This document shows positions 13,074-24,113 of a stretch of DNA of 64,000 nucleotides, one piece after another (positions within the stretch are counted from its first letter, which is position 1; the number at the start of each line of letters is the position of its first letter). This DNA is from Octopus sinensis. Lineage: Eukaryota. A program made the translations under genes and the position numbers. The notes beneath the pieces are model-generated. The model was not told where the DNA came from, ran no database searches, and saw only the letters and a list, made by a program, of their open reading frames with translations. Location: the NCBI RefSeq assembly GCF_006345805.1, contig NW_021831993.1, positions 1 to 64,000 on the forward strand, in the 5' to 3' direction.

Positions 13074-13170
13074 CTCGTCACAACTCTGAGCAAAAGTGAA
13101 ACTTGAAACTTTATTTGATCGTTTTTAAGCTATTGATTGGTTTAACAACAACTTTGTATGACATCAGAAA
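13074..13170 (-). promoter_or_regulatory. Candidate promoter and first non-coding exon of a minus-strand gene, with IRF-type element, CCAAT box and CRE/AP-1-like site
   Basis: Strong donor GAG|GTAAGT (exon end 13074). AAAAGTGAAACTTGAAAC at 13092-13109, AACCAATCA at ~13134-13142 and TGACATCA at 13158-13165, all in unique sequence. Confidence 0.4.
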
Positions 13171-13261
13171 AACACTTCTCCTCTGTCCTCTTTTAACACA
13201 ATTTACCTTGAAATATATTTTATTATTATTTACAACAGACGACATGAAAAATATGTTTCTT

Positions 13262-15495
13262 TATTAGCCACACAGGGCTGAACACAGACGGGACAAATTA
13301 CAAAGTAGAGCTTTTCTTTTTGGGGGAGAAAAAAAAACAATCAATAGCGATCGTGTATCACAGAAATGTCATGATGTAACGTGTAAAGGGGGAAGCATAT
13401 AAGGTTTATCCGTGGAAAGAAAAGCCTACGGAAAAGACCACGGTAACTTCGGTCAATAATGTCACATGTTAACACATTTATTTGCAAGTAGGTCACATGT
13501 TAACACATTTGTTTGCAAGTAGGTAACCCTCTGTTTTAAATTTTTCCGGGTACATAGGATTATGGTCAAGGTAGCTTCGTCATTCATATGTGCCATCCTT
13601 GCTACGTTCACCCATCTTTTTTTTGAAACATTCGCTAGACAAAACTTGCCTCTCTACTCTCACTTTCCTTTTCAAGTGATACTTGAAGAAGTTGATGAGA
13701 GATTGACCAGAGAGGAAAGTATTTGTCTCTAATCCTTTCAGATGCGTCCACCAGATACATTCTTTTGCCATAGCCACAAGTATGATGAAAATAGCTCTTC
13801 CTCCCCGTTTGAAGGAAGGAGGCGTGACAATATTGACGATAGACTCGGCTGATAAACCGACTCATCCCCCACGTAACAGCAGTCGTTCGACATAAGCCCA
13901 CAGGTCGGCTCCGTTTTTCTCGAGCCGTGTCTATAGAGCTTATCCTAAACAGTACCGCTTCTCGGTAGCGCTACAAGCCAGGGATCTCTGGAAGTTGTCC
14001 ATAGGTCCTGGCCCGAAAGTCGTCCTGAACAGACGGGTCAGGTATTCCTCATCAACGCCCAGGTTCACCCTGAGCTCATCATACCTCCCCTCCACTAATC
14101 CCCTAAAGAATGCTTTGGGTGTGTTGAAGTTGCTGAAGGTCAACCCAGGCCGGCATAGTTGCTTGAGAGCAACGCGACACTCGCCCTTCCTCGGCCTCTT
14201 TTTGATCCATGACTGCAGTGCGGTCATGGAGACAAGTTGCAGGAAAGCGTGCCTCACAAACGGCGACCACACCTGTTCACCATCGTCTACATAGAGCTGG
14301 AGATGTCGCAGTTTCTGCGCATCATCAACCACAGCATGCCCAGTCCTCCTTTTAACGGGTGTTGACAGCAAATGGATTACTTGACCATCGGGACACATTC
14401 TTTCCACAAGAAGCGGAAGAGAATGCATTCTAGTTTGGTGATGGAAGGGTCAGGACAAGGTACAACGGTCAGGCAGTAGTAGATGATGGACGCGATGTAC
14501 ATGTTCGCCACCTCCACCTGACCTTTTAGGGACAGTTTCCTCTCGGCCTATTGCCAAGTGAGCTTGACCACCTTACTCGTTATCTCATTCCAGTTCTTCT
14601 CCATTTGGAGGTCCGGACCAAACCAGACGCCGAGCAACTCAACCAGACCATCGGTCCAGTGTCCCACAATGGAGGCGCTGGTGGACGGCATGGGCTTGCT
14701 TCTCGAGGTGCCGAGCCACAAGCCCACTGACTTTTTCCAGTTGATTTTCGCTCCTGTCACCGCTTTGTAGTCTTTCTGTGTCTCGCCAACCTGCTCGATG
14801 TGCTCGTGGCTAGACACTATGATGGTGACGTTGTCCACGTATGCGGACACGCTCGTCCCGCATCCCAATTCTCGCGGGATGTCCCTCAGAGTCACCAGCT
14901 TCCGCAGTAATGGCTCGATAGTCAATATGTATAGAAGCGACGAGAGGGGGCATCCCTGACAGACCGAACGTGCAATGTTGAGAGGTCTTGATAGATGTCC
15001 ATTTATGCGAATTACCGAGCAGATACCTCTGTACAAAGCGGCTATCCAGCCGTGGAAGTCAGGACCGAAACCAGCCACTCTGAGGACAGGCTCCAAGTAT
15101 CGATAGTCTACCCTATCGAAAGCTTTCGATTGATCCAATTGATCAGGGCCCCACCCATGCCAGGTTCATTAACTATCCTGTCAATGACGTAGCGTATCAG
15201 ATGGAGGTTGTCATGGATGCTCCAGCCCAGCACAGCGCACGTTTGTGCCTTGTCCACCAGTTTCTCGATGCCAAACGCCAACCTCTTGGCCAAAATTTTC
15301 AAGTCTGCATTAAGCAGAGTGATGGGCCTAAAGTTATCTATTATATCCCCCTTGTTTAGATCTTTCTTCGGCAGTGTTACGGCTCCTTGGCTCACAAAAC
15401 CAGGGATGCTCCCGTTTTGCTGCCAATTGCAGTACACCACTGCCAAAATGTCTCCAAACAAGTCTGGCATACAACTGTAAAGCTCGTAGGGTAGT
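13262..15495 (-). mobile_element. L1-clade (Tx1-like) LINE, 5'-truncated and frameshifted
   Basis: NFRPITLLNADLKILAK, DQSKAFDRVD, SVCQGCPLSSLLY, AYVDNVT. C-terminal helical region in ORFs 13940-14428 and 13580-13777; 3'UTR ends in AATAAA-like/A-rich tail. Confidence 0.9.
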
Positions 15496-15534
15496 TTTCA
15501 AAAGAAGAAAACCTGAAACAGTTTTTATAGGAAA

Positions 15535-16640
15535 CTAGCAGTATAACCCGGCCTTGCCCGGGATTAAGTTACGATTATTAAGCTAATCAAGTTCTTTATT
15601 TCAAACCAAACTAAGTAATATCGACGTCAAATTTGGGCAAAATCCGTTGAAATTGGTTATATATATATATATTATATATATATATATATAATATATATAA
15701 TATAATATAATATAATATAATATAATATATATGGGCAACAGACACGAACACACATGTATGTACGTACACCTATTGCATGTTTTGTGCATGCATACATGTT
15801 CATAAACAGAAATGAATGGAAAAATGTTGTTAAATTTGTAGATTAACACTCTCACGATTTTCACTAAGAAAAATAATCGTTTTTTTTTGCGTGGAATCAA
15901 CTACTAATATACTACAAACCCTTTTTGTGGTCCGTGAATCGGAGTGGGTGTGGTGGAAGCCCCGGAAATTGTACCCATTTATATTGAGCAATTCACTGAC
16001 AAATTGCTACTCACCTCTTTGTTTCTTTGTTGTTAAATAAATGGATTGTCAACAAAACACTTTTTTACTCGGCGTAAAATAAAAACAAAACTCAAACTCT
16101 TTCGCACCCAAAGTAATGTGAGTGAGAGAGAGGGGGGAGAAAGAGGAATGATTTTAAATAAATAAATGATTTTAAATAAATATATTGTAATTGTTGTGTG
16201 AGAAAGTATGATTATAAAATATAGTGTCTTTCAAAAACATCCTGAATTTGAACACTATATCTCGTGTTTAAGAAAAGACAAAACATTTTATATTTTATGA
16301 ATGTCATCACACTAACTCTCTCTCTCTCCCTCTCCCACTTTGTCTTTCCCGTGAAACTCTCTGCCTCTCTTCTTCCACTTTTCTTTATCTTGTTTTTTTT
16401 TTTGTAGACGCCGTCAAAAAGATATGGCTGAAAATAGATTTTTACCGCTAAATGTTATGGCTGAAAATAGATTTTTACCGCTATCCGCGGGTGCCACAGG
16501 AAAAAAATAAGTTGACAAAACCCAGATAGGATGTTGACGAATGTCCTCCTAAAATTTGAGCGACATGCGTGCTAATTTGTGGATGGCATAAACTACAATC
16601 ACGTACACACACACACATCTGCCGTATATATATACAGATA
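15535..16640 (-). mobile_element. Non-autonomous Helitron
   Basis: 3' terminus is hairpin CCCGG..CCGGG followed by CTAG|T (15535-15562). 5' TC(TA)n start near 16640 followed by microsatellite. Confidence 0.7.
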
Positions 16641-16659
16641 TATATAAATATATATGTAT

Positions 16660-16790
16660 TCCCAACCACAAGGTTCTGGGTTCAGTACTATTGCGTGACA
16701 CCTTGGGCAAGTGTCTTCTGCTATAGACTCGGGCCGACCAAAGACTTGTGAGTATATCTGGTTGACGTAAACCGTAAGAAGCCCGTCTTA
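16660..16790 (+). mobile_element. SINE fragment; fuller copy at 42857-43245(+), fragment at ~31900-32065(-)
   Basis: Shared GGTTCAGT..ACCTTGGGCAAGTGTCTTCT..GACCAAAG..GAAGCC segment. Confidence 0.7.
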
Positions 16791-17454
16791 TATATGTATA
16801 TATAATTATAGTATATTCTGTTAAGAACATAGTAGAATACAGTATAAAGCTCGCTCGTCCACTTTCACATTTAAACTGTGCTTTCCAGTAGTAGTATTAT
16901 ATGTATTTCTAGTTTGCATTTGGGCATCTCTCGTGTGTGAATACATAATTGAAAAAATTGGCGTCAACAAGAAGGGTACGGTTGGACATTTATTTTTTAA
17001 TCACTACAATTGTTTGCACGCAACGTAGTTCTCCAGATGTACAGGTACTTGATTAAGAAACTATTTCCCTGCATTATGAGGTCTAGTTGTGTTTCCTCAG
17101 GTGATATGTAAATATTGTCTCTGTAAATTAAAAATCCTCGGCTTCTATTTCGAAAATTTTAGTAGTAGTCACAAAGCCTATTTACGTATTCAAAGTGCTT
17201 TGAATACGTAAATGTAGTGGGATGGTGATTCTCGTACCCTTAAAGTGGTTGCCGTTTCAAAGAGATTGATATTTTATTTCTTTATACTGTTGATTTGTTC
17301 TTCATGGTTGGTTACACATATGATTCTCCTTAGCTGGCCTTTAAGATTCAACACACGGACACATACACGCATATATGCGCGCGCCAGCACACACACACAT
17401 ATATATATACATTCACATACATACACATATATAAAATCTACACACGCTCACATA

Positions 17455-19590
17455 TTGGGGGAAAATTTTTGGTTAAAATTTTCGTGGAAAATTTTCGAAA
17501 GATTTTCAAAAATTTTTGGGGAAAATTTTCGGCAAAAAATTTTCGAAAAATATTTGGGTAAAATTTTCGGAATATTTTTGGGGAAAATTTTCAAAAAAGT
17601 TTTGGGTAAAATTTTCGAAAAATTTTTGGGTAAAATTTTCGAAAAACTTTTGAGTAGAATTTTAGGTGAAAATTTTCGTTGAAAATTTTTGGAGAAAATT
17701 CTCGGTGAAAATTTTCGACAAACTTTTGGTAAAATTTTCGAAAAATTTTTGGGTAAGTTTTCGAAAAATTTTTTGGGAAATTTTAGGTGAAAATTTTCGA
17801 AAAATTTATGGTGAAAATTTTCGAAGAATTTTTGGGTAAAATTTCCGGTGAAAATTTTCGAAAAATTTTTGGTGAAAACTTTCGAAAAACTTTTGGGTAA
17901 AATTTCTGGGCGGTGAAATTTTCGGCAAAAATTTTCGAAAAATTGTTGGTGAAAATTTTCGAAAAATTTTTGGGGAAAAATTTTCGGCAAAAAATTTTCG
18001 AAAAATTGTTGGTGAAGATTTTCGGTGAAAACTTTCTAAAAATTTTTGGGGAAAATTTTCGGGTAAAATATACAAAAAATTTTCGGTGTAAATTTTCCAA
18101 AAATTTTTGGGTAAGATTTTCGGAAAATTTTTTCGATAAATTCTTGGGGAAAATTTTCTAAAAATTTTTGGGTAAATTTCGAAAATTTTCCCAAAAATTT
18201 TTCGAAAATTTTACCCAAAAATTTTTCGAAAATTTTCCTCAGAATTTTTGAAAATTTTTGAAAATTTCTCGCAAACATTTTTGAAAGTTTTCCCCCAATT
18301 ATTCGAAATTTTTCAGAAAGATTTTTCAGAAAGATTTTTCAGAATTTTTCCCAAAATTTTTTGAAAATTTTGGTGAAAATTTTTGGGTAAAATTTTCGAA
18401 AAATTGTTGGTGAAAATTTTTGGGTAAGTTTTCGAAAACTTGTTGGTGGAAATTTTTACCCAAAAATTTTTCGAAAATTTTCACCAAAAATTTTTCGAAA
18501 ATTTTCACCGGAAATTTTACCCCAAAAATTCTTCGAAAATTTTCACCAAAAATTTTTTGAAAATTTTCACCGGAAATTTTACCCCAAAATTTATCGAAAA
18601 TTTTCACCGAAAATTTTACCCAAAAATTCTTCGAAATTTTTCACCATAAATTTTTCGATTATTTTCCCAAAAATTTCACCAAAATATTTTCCGAAAATTT
18701 TCACCGAAAATTTTACCCAAAAATTCTTCGAAAATTTTCACCGAGAATTTTCTCCAAAAATTTTTCAAAAATTTTCAACGAAAATTTTCACCTAAAATTC
18801 TACTCAAAAGTTTTTCGAAAATTTTCACCGAAAATTTTACCCAAAAATTTTTCGAAAATTTTCCTCAAGAATTTTTCGAAAAAATTTTAAAAAAATTTTT
18901 GAAAATTTCTCGCAAACATTTTTGAAAGTTTTCCCCCCAAATTATTCGAAATTTTTCACAAAGATTTTTCAGAATTTTTCCCAAAATTTTTTGAAAATTT
19001 TGGTGAAAATTTTTGGGTAAAATTTTCGAAAAATTGTTGATGAAAATTTTTGGGTAAAGTTTGCGAAAAATTGTTGGTGAAAATTTTTGGGTAAAATTTT
19101 AGGTGAAAGTTTTCGCAAAAAATTTGAAAATTTTGAAAAAATTTTGGGAAAAATTCTGAAAAATCTTTGTGAAAAATTTTGAATAATTTTTGGGGAAAAC
19201 TTTCAAAAATGTTTGCGAGAAATTTTTTAAAAATTAAAAAAAAATGTTTGAGGAAAATTTTCAAAAATTTTGGGGGCAAATTTTCAAAAATTTTTGTGGA
19301 AAATTTTCAAAAATGTTTGGGAGAAATTTTTTTAAATGTTCGGGAAAAATTTTGAATAACTTTTCAATAATTTTCAAAAATGTTTGCGAAAATTTTTTTT
19401 AAACTTTTCAAAAATTTTTGAGGAAAATTTTCAAAAACTTTGGGGGAAAATTTTCAAAAATTTTTGGGAGAAATTTTTTAAAATCTTAGGGAAAAATTTG
19501 GGAAAAATTTTCAAAAATTTTTGAGAAAAATTTTTCAAAATTATTTCAAAAGTTTTTGAGGAAAATTTTGACAAATTTTGGGAAAAATAT
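17455..19590. repeat. A4T4 (GAAAATTTTC) low-complexity array with nested inverted blocks
   Basis: Units such as GGTAAAATTTTCGAAAAATTTTTG (24 nt) repeated with strand switches. 17640-17720 is inverted at ~18730-18815; 18230-18440 is duplicated at ~18855-19090. Confidence 0.95.
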
Positions 19591-19619
19591 CTATATATCT
19601 ATCTATATATATCTATCTA

Positions 19620-20010
19620 TCTACCAGCAGTATCGCCCGGCGTTGCTCAGGTTTCTTTTGACCTGCTGGAATTGGGATTTTTGAAAAGTAAAAATTTTGC
19701 ATTATGTAGCTTATTATTCTCTTCAAGTGAACATTTTTCTTGTTGAAATACATCGAAAAGTGGCGACACAGCAGTGAAAAATCGTAAAAAATAGTGATTT
19801 TCATAGAAAAAAGCACCTTTTTGATGTACATAATTTTTGGTGTTAACATGGTCCGATTTGAATTTTATCTTCTACGGAAGGAAGAGCAACCCTTCTATCA
19901 TACTCTCAATTTTGGTCAACTTGCGCCGCAGGGTCTCGGAGAGATAGTGTTAGTTGAAGGCTGCCAAGCCTGGCGCACACAGACAACTTCAGCTTTATAT
20001 AGAGAGAGAT
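19620..20010 (-). mobile_element. Non-autonomous Helitron
   Basis: 3' end CAGCAGTATCGCCCGGCGTTGCTCAGG is the reverse complement of the 48344-48372 terminus. TCTCTCTCTATATAAAGCTG 5' end near 20008. Confidence 0.7.
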
Positions 20011-20134
20011 AACACACACACATTAATACACATACACACAACACACATGTATGTATGTATGTATGTATGTATATATGTACATCTTTCCACTTCTTGTCAT
20101 ATTTTTATCCTTCACTTCCTACACACACACACAC

Positions 20135-20873
20135 GCACACACACACACACACACACACCTTAGCTTACAATTTTCTTTCAACAATTGACACTGTCATATA
20201 TGTATATGTTTGCGTGTCTATGTGTGTAAAGAGGAAGTGGAAGAAAGTGTGGTAATAGGCAGAATAAAGCCTTTGAAGTGAGAGAGGGAAATCGTAAAAT
20301 ATTGAGTTTTCTCGAATTTTTGCTTAATTGGGTGTGAAATTGAAAGAAATTTATATGCCATGACCGAATAGAATGTACTTGGAAAAATCATAGGTAAACT
20401 CCAATTGAAGAAATTGTGTGAGGAGTAAATCGTTATGTATTTATTTGTTTCTATTTGCTCTGTATTTTTTTTGAGTAGTGGTTTAAGGTACACTTGCAAA
20501 GAGAAAGTGCGAGAAATTATGGTAATAGCAGGAATGAAGCAGTTGAAATTAGAGAGGCAAATCGTAAAATATTTACTTTTCTCGAATTTTTGCTTAATTG
20601 GGGTCAAATTGAAAAAACTTTACATGCCATGACCCAATCGAATCTACTTGTAAAAATCGTAGGTAAATTCCAATTGAAGAAATTCTATATTGTAGAATTG
20701 TATTAAAAAGGAACATGGGAACAGGCAGAGAAAATCTGCCTTTTATCATAAGAGATGAAAGTGAATGTAGGTCACCTCAATAGAATTTATCTGGTTTTTT
20801 CCTGAGGCCACTAGTTGGCATGTATTTTTCCACAAAACTTCAGTGTGTCTATGCACCTACACATGCATGCACA

Positions 20874-20916
<43 letters not shown>

Positions 20917-21650
20917 TAGCTTACAATTTTCTTTCAACAATTGACACTGTCATATATGTATATGTTTGCGTGTCTATGTGTGTAAAGAGGAAGTGGAAGA
21001 AAGTGTGGTAATAGGCAGAATAAAGCCTTTGAAGTGAGAGAGGGAAATCGTAAAATATTGAGTTTTCTCGAATTTTTGCTTAATTGGGTGTGAAATTGAA
21101 AGAAATTTATATGCCATGACCGAATAGAATGTACTTGGAAAAATCATAGGTAAACTCCAATTGAAGAAATTGTGTGAGGAGTAAATCGTTATGTATTTAT
21201 TTGTTTCTATTTGCTCTGTATTTTTTTTGAGTAGTGGTTTAAGGTACACTTGCAAAGAGAAAGTGCGAGAAATTATGGTAATAGCAGGAATGAAGCAGTT
21301 GAAATTAGAGAGGCAAATCGTAAAATATTTACTTTTCTCGAATTTTTGCTTAATTGGGGTCAAATTGAAAAAACTTTACATGCCATGACCCAATCGAATC
21401 TACTTGTAAAAATCGTAGGTAAATTCCAATTGAAGAAATTCTATATTGTAGAATTGTATTAAAAAGGAACATGGGAACAGGCAGAGAAAATCTGCCTTTT
21501 ATCATAAGAGATGAAAGTGAATGTAGGTCACCTCAATAGAATTTATCTGGTTTTTTCCTGAGGCCACTAGTTGGCATGTATTTTTCCACAAAACTTCAGT
21601 GTGTCTATGCACCTACACATGCATGCACACTCACACACACACACACACAC
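20135..21650. repeat. Tandem duplication of a 756-bp unit bounded by (CA)n, each unit containing two diverged ~270-bp subrepeats
   Basis: Identical ORF sets offset by exactly 756 (20218 vs 20974, 20435 vs 21191). Confidence 0.95.
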
Positions 21651-22354
21651 AATCATGCATGCGTACATATATATATTAGTAGCTGATAGCATTTTCCCAC
21701 AAGTCCCCCACCTGTTATTCTCTCCTGTTACACTAGGAAATTTATGAAAGTATAGTGACTTCTTAGATCTTTTCGAAGCATCCATATGTCAAACACATGA
21801 TACAGAGGAAAAAGCCTTTGTATAGTTTCCCATAATTTAGTTAGTAATATATATATATATACTCAACCAAGTCGGTTTTCTTTCTCTTTGGTCAGCGGGT
21901 GTTTACTGAAAGGGCCTCTAACTTTATGATTTCAACAACACAACCCTTACTCTTTCTACATACCCGTATTCTATTAGCCTGTCCTTCTCTAGTAGTCACT
22001 CACAGATAAAGATAGCTACCATACACGATGGACCATAACGGCTAATGACCAGTGTATACAGCCACCGTAATAATCATATAAATAAAATGGCCATCCAAAC
22101 AAACAATTAATGTCGCCGTTCCTCACTTATTTATTCGACTCATATTATTGCAAAACCTAACAGTTGTAATTGGTGAGTTGGTTCTTATGATTGGTGACCA
22201 AAACATGCACACATACATACATACCATACATACATGACGTACAGCCATGCACACACACTTACATATACACATGCATACACACTCATACATATATACAAAC
22301 ATACATACATACATATGTATGTATGTATGTCTTGTTCAGTTTTATATAGAGAGA

Positions 22355-23169
22355 CTAGCTGAAGGTGACCCGCTCTACGCGCGGGTAAGAGGTGGTTGTT
22401 ACTTTCTGTTGCTTCCTTTCTGCACGTAAAAAGCACCATCCGAACGTGGCCGATGCCAGCGCCGCCTTGACTGGCTTCTGTGCCGGTGGCACGCAAAAAG
22501 CACCAACGGATCGTCGGCGCTGCGAACCCCCCTGGCACCTGTGCCGGCGGCACGAAAAAAGCACCCACTACGCTCACAGAGTGGTTGGCGTTAGGAAGGG
22601 CATCCACCTGTAGAAAAACTGCCAGATCAGACTGGAGCCTGGTGCAGTCTCCTGGCTTCCCAGACCCCAGTCAAACTGTCCAACCCATGCTAGCACGGAA
22701 AACCGACTTTAAACGATGATGATGATGATGATGATTCTCCCTCATTGTTTCTCTCTCCTTTCTCTCTCACTTTCCCCACTCTCTTACTCTTCCTTTCTCT
22801 CGGACTCTCCCTCGCTTTCTCTTACTCTCTATCTTTATCTATCTCTCTCCCATTTATAAACAACAAAAGATGTTGAGTAAGTTGAGAAATAAAATATTTA
22901 GAAAGATCAATCATAAATATCAGGCAGTAACAACGGAAAGGTCTGCTTCAAGGCAGACAGCAAAACACTAATATTTAAAAGAGACAGACGAACTTGCGAG
23001 CTGAATAAAAATAATAAAACATTGAAACCAAAGTTTGAAGGGATAGAATCTGAGGATAGTAGAGTCACCATGGCTGGCATTTGTTAACGACGGACAGCAA
23101 CGTTTTGACAGTTTAACGGCTGGCGTAAAATTTTGACAGCTGAACCGACCGACCACATAATGCACACAT

Positions 23170-23201
<32 letters not shown>

Positions 23202-23922
23202 CACGCATTATATATACAAATTATATATATATATGTATAAATTAAATTAGAGATAAAACCACTAATAGGCAAATGAAACAGTAAAAAACCAAAAACAAAA
23301 ACATAAAAATAAAAATATAATATAGAAAATATAAAATTTAAAAATTTAAATTATTTAAATTTAAAATAAAAATTATTAAATTATATTCATAATTTGTTTA
23401 AAAATATATATAACTATCAAAAAGTATTAAAAAGTTTAATATACATAAATACAGATATATACACTTTGTTTATATACATTATATATACATATTTATATAT
23501 AGAACACACACACACACATATATAAATGAATGCAAGAAATATCTGATTCATAATATTTGTTCTCATGCTCGTGTGTTGGTGGTGGCGATGATAATTCTCT
23601 CTACGAATGCAGACAGATACATAAAAGAACGCCGTCTGACGAACTTATAAAGGGAAAGTGAAAGGGAGTTAGAGGGGAATGGAGGAAATAGTGTGAATGA
23701 GTGAGGAAGACATATACGTAAAAGAACGGGAGTGGACTTGTCAAAGTGGGGTTTTGGCCCCTAGCAATGACACCTTTTAAGATAGGGATTTCTAAGGTAG
23801 CCCACGGGCATCGTCACCTCATTTTACATGTCCCTGTAAACTTTGGAGTCAATCGGACGGGACGTAGTGGCCTTGAAAGCGATCCAAGCGGTAAAAACAC
23901 ATTTCAGTTTTATATATAGAGA
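22355..23922 (-). mobile_element. Non-autonomous Helitron carrying an RTE-tail insertion
   Basis: CTAG at 22355-22358 with hairpin CCCGC..GCGCGGG. 5' TCTCTATATATAAAACTGAAA near 23920. Confidence 0.6.
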
Positions 23923-24113
23923 TTTCTTGCCAATAAAGAAAGAACCAGTTTCTAACTTAGATCAAAGACTCCTTCATTGGAATTTCAACATCAACAACAG
24001 GGTATGTATGTATCTATCTATATATCTATGTATGTATGTATGCATGCGTGTATGTATGCATGAATGTATGTATGCATGTGTATGTATATATGTATCCATG
24101 TATGTATGTATAT

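Noticed and set aside
17245-19279. Many long ORFs (KIFEKF.../PKIFRKF...) in several frames
   Set aside because: They are by-products of the stop-poor A4T4 array, open on both strands, with no splice or domain evidence.
17455-19590. Heat-shock element array (GAA/TTC repeats)
   Set aside because: Spacing is GAA-4nt-TTC and TTC-0-GAA, not the canonical 2-nt spacing of nGAAn pentamers.
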